DNA of 63,475 nucleotides from Candidatus Jacksonbacteria bacterium RIFCSPLOWO2_02_FULL_44_20 (GTDB lineage Bacteria; Patescibacteriota; Patescibacteriia; UBA9629). The stretch lies in NCBI GenBank assembly GCA_001818155.1, contig MHJU01000017.1:1-63475 (forward strand), written 5' to 3'. The translations under genes and the position numbers were made by a program. Below, one piece after another: positions 56,864 through 63,475 of this stretch. The notes beneath the pieces were generated by a model, which did no database searches, had not been told where the DNA came from, and saw only the letters and a list, made by a program, of their open reading frames with translations. The stretch's first letter is position 1; the number at the start of each line of letters is the position of its first letter.

Positions 56864-58396
56864 TTAACGCATAAATAATAGTGTTGAAAGTGGCAATGCA
56901 ACAATACGAGGATCATCTGTTTTTACTTCTTCTCCCAATGTTACTAAAAGCCCAAAAGGCGCATTATAGTGAGCTTTATCAATAAACGAACGTAGCCCAT
57001 GAGTATCTTTATAATCTATATGGCGGCTATATTTTACTTCTATAGGAATGCGCTGTTCGCCAATTGTTAAAATAAAATCTACTTCAGGCTCCGAATCTCT
57101 TGCTGGAAAATGTGCGACATCAAGACCTGTAATTGATTTAAGGAAGTATCCGGCGGCGCTTTCCGCAATATGCCCGGCAAGGTCAGAAAGGTGCGGTGAT
57201 TGTGCTAACCCTACTTCAGTAAGCGGTATTACTTCCTGAAGCCACGCGGCACGTAACGCATGATCGCATAAACAGAGTTTTGGCGGACCTTTCTTTTTTT
57301 TGAGGCGTAGTTCTAACGGTTCAATAAGACCAATCAACAACGTGCCATCCAAAAATTTGAGATAGGTTAAGACACGGTTCCAGCCAATATTTGCATTCAT
57401 AATATTTTTAAGTTCATTAACATAGAAGGCAGAAGATGGAGATTGTCCAATATAGCGACATACGAACCGAAAAACCTCTTCCAATAGATGCTCGTCGCGT
57501 TTTTGCCCTCTTACTCCCAATCGTAGATCATGCTGAATTGCTCGTTTTACAACTGTTTCATTTAACTGATCTCCGAGTTCTTCCCAAGAATGGTCGGCGT
57601 TGACTTGCGCTACTGGATATGCCCCTCTCTCGGAAAATGCTGAAAATGCCTGCTCTCGAAGTATCTGATTCTTTAGTCCAAATTGACGCAGGTCCAACCA
57701 AAAATCCTTTTTCTTTAACGGAGCTAGTCCGTTCAAAGGCAGAAATGGCTCTAACTTTCCAAATTGACGAATCTCTGCAATTTCGCGCAAAAACAGCGGC
57801 CCCATATCAAGAGTATGCACTCTTCCAGCCAAACTATCTTTACCGACCTCAAGACGCAATGCAGAACTTCCAGTGATAACTGCTCGCGGTTGATAAATAT
57901 CAATCAAATGCTTTAATTGCGGCCCCCAATTTGGCAAATTTTGCACTTCATCTAAAAAAATATACGCTGGCTCATTATCTAATGCCGCTTGATTGAGTGT
58001 TTTGTGAAGAACCTGTTGTGAATACCAGCGCGCTAGTTCAAGAATTGTATTACCTTCTAATTTAATGAGGTCCGGCAGTTCATCGAACTGCACGCGAAAA
58101 ATCCGCTCTTGTGCCACACCCTCATCTAAAAGCGAATGAATCACTTGAACGAGCAAGGTTGTCTTCCCAATTTGGCGTGGGCCGCGCAGTAGAACCGCGG
58201 GAGACAAACCTTCTTTTAACCGATTGTAAACGGGCTGATAAGCCCATCGGTGTATTGGGGGCACGTTTGCCACTCGTTCACCTCTCCACCAAGGATTGTT
58301 ATCACGGATTGTTCTTTCTAGACCTTGAGAGAGTAGTTGTAAGAGAGATTCTTGCTTCATGTTATATCGTGTTCGTATTAGCTGTTTAATTGACAA
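56864..58396 (-). CDS. AAA+ ATPase of the COG1373 type (third, larger copy)
   Basis: Walker A GPRQIGKTT. Walker B IFLDEVQ. C-terminal EVDFIL...IEVKY. An alternative ATG at 58360 would remove the 11-nt overlap with the PBP gene. Confidence 0.7.
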   Translation of the reverse strand: MSIKQLIRTRYNMKQESLLQLLSQGLERTIRDNNPWWRGERVANVPPIHRWAYQPVYNRLKEGLSPAVLLRGPRQIGKTTLLVQVIHSLLDEGVAQERIFRVQFDELPDLIKLEGNTILELARWYSQQVLHKTLNQAALDNEPAYIFLDEVQNLPNWGPQLKHLIDIYQPRAVITGSSALRLEVGKDSLAGRVHTLDMGPLFLREIAEIRQFGKLEPFLPLNGLAPLKKKDFWLDLRQFGLKNQILREQAFSAFSERGAYPVAQVNADHSWEELGDQLNETVVKRAIQHDLRLGVRGQKRDEHLLEEVFRFVCRYIGQSPSSAFYVNELKNIMNANIGWNRVLTYLKFLDGTLLIGLIEPLELRLKKKKGPPKLCLCDHALRAAWLQEVIPLTEVGLAQSPHLSDLAGHIAESAAGYFLKSITGLDVAHFPARDSEPEVDFILTIGEQRIPIEVKYSRHIDYKDTHGLRSFIDKAHYNAPFGLLVTLGEEVKTDDPRIVALPLSTLLFMR

Positions 58397-61286
58397 TTAT
58401 CTTAACTTCACTTCTATACGACTCTCCGTTTTTATCAATCAGAATCGCGTACATTGTATATGAACCAGGAGACGGAGACGTTTTCCATGAAACTCCTATA
58501 GGCTCCTCCGCAATACTTGTAACAGTCCCGATAAGCATCGGATTTCCATTTTTGTCATTATAATACACGTTCACGAGTTCTGCCAGTTCGCTTTTGTCCA
58601 CAAACAACCGCACTGTAAACGGAAACTGATCGCGCGCTATTACTGCGTCTTTTGTGGGAGCAAGAATCGTAACGCCTGGAGTCGCCGGAATAAGCGGACT
58701 TGTCTCTCCTGCTGACTTTCCGCGAGAAAGAGCAATCTCAACCTCTTGTTTGGCGCGATTCCCAGCGTCATCAAACGCTGTAACGGTAATAATATGCGCC
58801 CCATCCGGGATAGACCCAAAATACACTCTTCGCGAGTATGGTAGAAGCCCGGCGCTTTCACGGAACTGCCCGTCAAGCTCATACTCAACTTTTGCAAGAT
58901 GGCGCTTTGCGGTAACATCAATTTCAACTAGCACTGAATCCTCGTGGAGTTCCGCGCGTGGAGCCGGCGAAAGAATCGCTAAATATGGAATGTTTGCCGG
59001 AACATGCGCGTCGTCGTACTCGGTTGGCGGTTTGGTAAGTTTATCGGATGATCCTGATTTTTCCACCCATAGAGTTATGCCTTTCTCCCACTCCGAATAT
59101 TGAGGATCTAGAGATGGCTGCACTGGAGCGGGCCCAAGCGGCGCGGATTTATCTATGTAATGAAAAATGCTGTGAAACTCGGCAAATGACTGCTCTTCAA
59201 TGTATTCGGCTGGCGTGTATTCGGTCGCAAGCTTGCCGCTTACTTTATCAACCTTAACTTTTATCGCGCCATCAAGAGTACCATCCAGTATTGGCTTTCC
59301 TGTAACCGGAATCTCGGGCTTTGGAAACTGAATAACCTCTGTATTTTTGAGAGCGCCCTGCATAAATGCGTTCCATATAGGCGCCGCGGCGCGCGACCCT
59401 CCATCCCCTTTATTCATAGGCGAATTATCGTTATTCCCGGCCCAGACTCCAGCGACAATCTGCGGCGTTCCGCCGATGGTCCAAGCGTCGCGGTAATCGT
59501 TTGTGGTTCCGGTCTTTACAGCGGCCGGACGATTTTTGAGCACAAGCGGCCCGCCCTCTCCAAACACCTGCGCGCGAGCTGAATTATCTTGTAAAATATC
59601 AATTACCATACGCGCAGAGTTTATAGAAAACACGCGCTCGCCATCGCTTTCTTCCCACTCTTCCAAAACATTGGCATTATTTTTTTCAACCCGCATGATT
59701 GAAACCGTCTCTTCCCGCACTCCGTCGTTTATGAGTACCGCAAAGGCGAGAGTGTGTTCAAGGAGTTTCACGCCGCCTCCTCCAAGAGCAAGCGAAAGCC
59801 CGACTTTGCCCGGATCGGTAAGGGTTGTGTATCCAAGCCGAGCCGCGTAGTCCAGCACGGTTTCAACTCCGGCCAAATAGAGCGCCTTCACTGCCGGAAT
59901 ATTGAGCGATCCTGCAAGAGCCGCGCGAATTTTTACAGGGCCCCGAAACTTGCCGTCATAATTTTGGGGCTTGTACTCGGCTCCTTCGCGCGGATCAAAA
60001 TCAGTTTCAACGTCATAAAGAATCGTATCCGGGGTGTAGCCTTTTGTAAACAGCGTCGCGTACACGATCGGCTTAAACGATGAGCCCGGCTGGCGATTCG
60101 CAAGCGCAACGTTAAAATTCCCCTCATGATCAGTGTCAAAATAATCGCGTGAACCGACCATCGCGAGAATCTGCCCGGTTTTTGGATCAATCGCCACGAG
60201 TCCGGCGTTATCCGCGCCTTTTTGGTCATTTGTTTTCGCGCCTTCAGCAACCGCTTTTTCCGCGATCTTTTGCAAATCATAATCAAGCGTTGTGATTACA
60301 TTCAAACCATCGTGTTCCAGCGCAGAATCTCCGTAGCGATGCGCGAGAATTTCCCTGACATACATCACAAAATGCGGCGCCTCTATACGCTCCGGCGATT
60401 TCTTGAAAGCGATTTCCTCGGTGAGAGCTCGGTTCCATTCGTCTTCGCTTATATATCCTTCATTAAGCATTTGTTTTAATATGGCGCGCTGACGATCGAA
60501 AAGCTCATCAGTTTGAGAACCAAAAGGAGATAGTCTCGTTGTGGCTTTCGGGAGCGCGGCGAGAATGGCGGACTGTGAAAGCGTCAAATGTTTAGCGCTC
60601 TTTCCAAAAAATGTCTGCGAGGACTGTTCAATGCCGTACGCGTTTGAACCGTAAGGAATTTGGTTTAAGTAGAGCTCAAGGATTTCATCGCGCGTAAACG
60701 TTTTTTCAATGCGAAACGAAAGAATGATCTCCTTGATTTTGCGTGAGAGAGTTTTCTCGCGCGTTAAGATAAGGTTCTTCACGAGCTGTTGTGTGATTGT
60801 TGAACCCCCGGGACTGGACTCCAAACTATGAGTGCGCAGAAGCCCGAGAATCGCCCGCGCAATTCCTTTGAAATCAATCGCAAGATCGCGCCTGTAAAAA
60901 TCCTGATCTTCGGTTGCGATCGTCGCCCATTTCACAAAATCCGGAATCTCTGCCAAAGAAATGCGCGTTCTGTTCTCCTCGCCGTGAATCGTGTATAAAA
61001 GATGTTCACTGCTTCGGTCATAAATTTTCGTGCTTTCAGGGATTACAATCGAGCCTTTTCGTATTTCTTCAACAGCGGGAAGATCTCGTGAATATACGTA
61101 AAAAAATCCCGCTATCAGCACAACGGACGCAATGCCGCCGATAAGCGCCAAAAGAACCAGCCGACTGGGGAAAGACCCGCCGCTCCTCTTATGGGGAACG
61201 CGAAACTGCCGCGGCGCGTGAAGACGTTGCAAAGGTTTTAACGAGCCAATTTTTCTCGTTCGCCATGTGCGCTGAATAGGAGCCAT
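58386..61286 (-). CDS. Class A penicillin-binding protein (glycosyltransferase + transpeptidase) with C-terminal Ig-like extension
   Basis: ATEDQDFY, GGSTITQQLVKN, GSSFKP and KTGTT. Start set at internal ATG (M15). Confidence 0.85.
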   Translation of the reverse strand: MAPIQRTWRTRKIGSLKPLQRLHAPRQFRVPHKRSGGSFPSRLVLLALIGGIASVVLIAGFFYVYSRDLPAVEEIRKGSIVIPESTKIYDRSSEHLLYTIHGEENRTRISLAEIPDFVKWATIATEDQDFYRRDLAIDFKGIARAILGLLRTHSLESSPGGSTITQQLVKNLILTREKTLSRKIKEIILSFRIEKTFTRDEILELYLNQIPYGSNAYGIEQSSQTFFGKSAKHLTLSQSAILAALPKATTRLSPFGSQTDELFDRQRAILKQMLNEGYISEDEWNRALTEEIAFKKSPERIEAPHFVMYVREILAHRYGDSALEHDGLNVITTLDYDLQKIAEKAVAEGAKTNDQKGADNAGLVAIDPKTGQILAMVGSRDYFDTDHEGNFNVALANRQPGSSFKPIVYATLFTKGYTPDTILYDVETDFDPREGAEYKPQNYDGKFRGPVKIRAALAGSLNIPAVKALYLAGVETVLDYAARLGYTTLTDPGKVGLSLALGGGGVKLLEHTLAFAVLINDGVREETVSIMRVEKNNANVLEEWEESDGERVFSINSARMVIDILQDNSARAQVFGEGGPLVLKNRPAAVKTGTTNDYRDAWTIGGTPQIVAGVWAGNNDNSPMNKGDGGSRAAAPIWNAFMQGALKNTEVIQFPKPEIPVTGKPILDGTLDGAIKVKVDKVSGKLATEYTPAEYIEEQSFAEFHSIFHYIDKSAPLGPAPVQPSLDPQYSEWEKGITLWVEKSGSSDKLTKPPTEYDDAHVPANIPYLAILSPAPRAELHEDSVLVEIDVTAKRHLAKVEYELDGQFRESAGLLPYSRRVYFGSIPDGAHIITVTAFDDAGNRAKQEVEIALSRGKSAGETSPLIPATPGVTILAPTKDAVIARDQFPFTVRLFVDKSELAELVNVYYNDKNGNPMLIGTVTSIAEEPIGVSWKTSPSPGSYTMYAILIDKNGESYRSEVKIIVN

Positions 61287-61291
61287 AGTAA

Positions 61292-62551
61292 TTATGTTCT
61301 TACCTGTCCACTGCCTTCTATTACCCATTTATACGTTGTCATTTCTCTAATGCTCATTGGTCCGCGGGCGTGCAGTTTTTGGGTAGAAATGCCGATCTCC
61401 CCGCCTAAGCCAAATTGCGATCCGTCGGTGAATCGTATAGAAACGTTATGATATACACAAGCGGCATCCGCCGTCTCCAAAAACTTTTTGGCTTTCTCGC
61501 GGCTTTCGGTGATAATCGCCTCTGAATGTTTGGTGGAGTGTCTGTTAATATGCTCCAGTGCTTCGTCTATATTATTCACTGTTTTAATAGCCATCTTGAG
61601 AGACAAAAACTCACGATCAAAATCTTTTTTGAGAGCTCTTTTCAAAAAAGGATACTTTAATTTTTCCCAAATCTGATAATTGCTGCTATCGGCAAAAATT
61701 TCTACCTGTTTTAGTTCCAATAAAGAAGCTAGTTCGAACGCTAAACTATGAGCAACTTTTTTATGTACAAGCAGAGTATCCAATGTATTGCACACAGCCG
61801 GACGAGAAACTTTGGCATTATAGACAATTTTGCCCGCCATGTTTATGTCGGCATCTTCATCAACATAAACATGACAGACACCTGCCCCTGTTTCTATTAC
61901 CGGAATCTCGGCATGGACTCTCACAAAGTTGATGAGCCCCGGTCCACCGCGCGGGATTATTAAATCAATAAAATCCTTTGCGGAAAGCAGATGTTTCACT
62001 AATTGCCGCTCACCATGGCCTATGTTCAAAATAAGATCTCCGGAGAACCCCGCTTTTTTAAGCGCTTCTTTCATAATTCTCACAAGCACTTGATTGCTAT
62101 ATCTTGCTTCTTCACCCCCTTTGAGCACTATCGCACTGCCGGCTTTTAGGCAAATGCTCACCACGTCCACGGTAACATTGGGTCTTGACTCGTAAATCAC
62201 GCTTATCACTCCAAAAGGAACTGTGATTTTTTTGATTCTCAAACCGTTTTTTAATGTCCTTTGCTCTAAAATCAGATTCAACGGATCGGAAAGTTTGGCA
62301 ACTGTTTTAATGTCACTGATTATATTTTTTAACCGCTCTTTAGTTAAAAGCAAACGATCGCGTAAGGGATCTTCAGTTTCAACATTCTCTAAGTCCTTCT
62401 TGTTTGCCTCTAAAATGTCCGCTTGATTTTTCTGCAAGGCGCTTGCTATTCCAAGTAAAGCCATGTTTCTCTTTTTGGCTGTTGACAACGCCAGCTCGCG
62501 GCTTGCTTTTTTAACTTGCGCTAATTTTTGAAATAAAACTCGTTTGGACAT
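61292..62551 (-). CDS. proA: Glutamate-5-semialdehyde dehydrogenase
   Basis: VIYESRPNVTVD, IPRGG and NASTRFTDG-like VSIRFTDGSQFGLGGEIGIST. The ORF-track start is TTG; ATG at 62551 chosen. Confidence 0.9.
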   Translation of the reverse strand: MSKRVLFQKLAQVKKASRELALSTAKKRNMALLGIASALQKNQADILEANKKDLENVETEDPLRDRLLLTKERLKNIISDIKTVAKLSDPLNLILEQRTLKNGLRIKKITVPFGVISVIYESRPNVTVDVVSICLKAGSAIVLKGGEEARYSNQVLVRIMKEALKKAGFSGDLILNIGHGERQLVKHLLSAKDFIDLIIPRGGPGLINFVRVHAEIPVIETGAGVCHVYVDEDADINMAGKIVYNAKVSRPAVCNTLDTLLVHKKVAHSLAFELASLLELKQVEIFADSSNYQIWEKLKYPFLKRALKKDFDREFLSLKMAIKTVNNIDEALEHINRHSTKHSEAIITESREKAKKFLETADAACVYHNVSIRFTDGSQFGLGGEIGISTQKLHARGPMSIREMTTYKWVIEGSGQVRT

Positions 62552-62553
62552 AA

Positions 62554-63387
62554 TTAGCAACGCCTTAAACTTTTTTTCAGTTCTTGCGTCTTATCAAACG
62601 CCGCTTTTACCGCCTGTTTAAAAATTTCATCAAATTTTTGTTCTGTGAAAATTTTAATGGCGGAGGCGGTTGTTCCTCCTTTGGATGTTACGCCAGCGCG
62701 TAAAATTTTTGATTCTATGTCAGTTTGCCGCTCTAAACTCACCGCTCCGGAGATGGTCGTCATAACCAACTCACGAGCTAATTTTTTGGTTAAGCCCAAA
62801 CTCACGGCCGCTTCCTGAAATAACTCTTGGAATAAGAAGACATAAGCCGGACCTGATCCGGAAACGGCTGTCGCCTTGTCTATATCGCCTTCTTTCTCAA
62901 CTTCTATTTCCTTGCCCAAGCTCTGCAATATCTTTCGGACGTACTTTTTTTGATCGGCGCTGATTTCTTTGGCGGACTTCCAAACACTCACACCACAGCC
63001 AATTTGTGCCGGTAAATTTGGCATTGCCCTTACTATTGTCTGGACTCCTAATAATGCTTGAATGTATTTGATGTCAACGCCGGCCATGATAGAAATAATC
63101 AAGGATGATTTTTTAATAAGATATTTTTTCAGCTCTTCCGCTAGGTTTCTAAAGTCCTGCGGTTTAACCGCTAAAACTAAAATCTCACTGTTTTTTATTA
63201 CTTCTTTCTTGTCTAAACTGATATTGATTTTATAATTTTCACGCAGTTTTTTGAGTTTCTCTAAATTGCGGTCGTAAATAAAAATTTGCGATGAACGCAA
63301 AATGTTTGTAACAATCAATCGTTGCGCCAAAATTGACCCCATTACTCCCGCTCCTATTATTCCTACACAAAACTTCAAATTTTTCAT
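62554..63387 (-). CDS. proC: Pyrroline-5-carboxylate reductase
   Basis: Rossmann motif GIIGAGVMG. VRAMPN. VTSKGGTT. Confidence 0.85.
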   Translation of the reverse strand: MKNLKFCVGIIGAGVMGSILAQRLIVTNILRSSQIFIYDRNLEKLKKLRENYKINISLDKKEVIKNSEILVLAVKPQDFRNLAEELKKYLIKKSSLIISIMAGVDIKYIQALLGVQTIVRAMPNLPAQIGCGVSVWKSAKEISADQKKYVRKILQSLGKEIEVEKEGDIDKATAVSGSGPAYVFLFQELFQEAAVSLGLTKKLARELVMTTISGAVSLERQTDIESKILRAGVTSKGGTTASAIKIFTEQKFDEIFKQAVKAAFDKTQELKKSLRRC

Positions 63388-63475
63388 TTAAGCTGTAAGA
63401 TATCCTAGCGTTGTTTACACTTTTCCGCTAGCCTAAGACCATAGGTAGCGATAAAAGTTGTAAACACATATGACT

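Noticed and set aside
63405-63468. Short inverted repeats (CTAGCG/CGCTAG; TGTTTACA/TGTAAACA) upstream of proC at the window edge.
   Set aside because: The repeats are short and AT-rich, the region is truncated by the window end, and no assessment is possible without the upstream context.
1-63475. Possibility of a recoded genetic code (UGA or UAG reassignment, as in some CPR lineages).
   Set aside because: Conserved full-length genes end at TGA (e.g. 2164, 25762), TAG (31829, 47921) and TAA. No conserved protein needs an in-frame stop to be complete.
1-63475. CRISPR arrays, rRNA genes, transposases, integrases, reverse transcriptases.
   Set aside because: I saw no regularly spaced direct repeats, no rRNA-like stretches, and no ORFs with DDE, tyrosine/serine-recombinase or RT motifs. 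This was a by-eye inspection, so short or degenerate elements could have been missed.

Overview
This is a 63.5-kb, gene-dense fragment of a bacterial chromosome using the standard genetic code: TAA, TAG and TGA all end conserved genes. The gene content suggests a Candidate Phyla Radiation / Patescibacteria (Parcubacteria-like) organism, though this is inference only. Supporting features are a membrane pyrophosphatase, tandem TrbC/VirB2-like pilin paralogs with Cys-rich ectodomains, three COG1373-type ATPases, small toxin-antitoxin pairs, FemAB plus a class A PBP, and sparse metabolism.

Housekeeping genes recognised: galU, hppA, a PPIase-less tig, nusA, ruvA, pilT, dnaA (with DnaA boxes upstream), cca, rpe, rpiB, a class A PBP, proA and proC. 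There are three tRNAs with encoded CCA: Ser-CGA, Arg-TCG and Lys-CTT.

Main non-housekeeping observations:
1. A cobalamin riboswitch (minus strand, about 39608-39835) sits directly in front of a secreted alpha/alpha-toroid repeat protein. That gene is followed 21 nt later by an ABC-2-type ATPase. I propose this as a candidate, undescribed B12-responsive surface-capture/transport module.
2. The matching ABC-2 permease lies 8.2 kb away. A six-ORF helicase/nuclease island separates them: a GHKL-ATPase-like ORF, a STAS-like ORF, an AT-rich 1514-aa SF1-helicase/Vsr-like nuclease, a PD-(D/E)xK remnant, a Pif1-WYL helicase and an ERCC4-like nuclease.
3. Five pilin-like genes plus tiny overlapping membrane ORFs cluster at 11-4131.
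4. A trpE-G-D-C block lacks trpF/B/A. It is flanked by one RelE-type TA pair and interrupted by another.
5. A Nudix / P-loop kinase / methyltransferase-like cluster is attached to a two-component system.

I recognised no rRNA, CRISPR array, transposase or integrase. All homology calls come from motif recognition by eye, not from searches.
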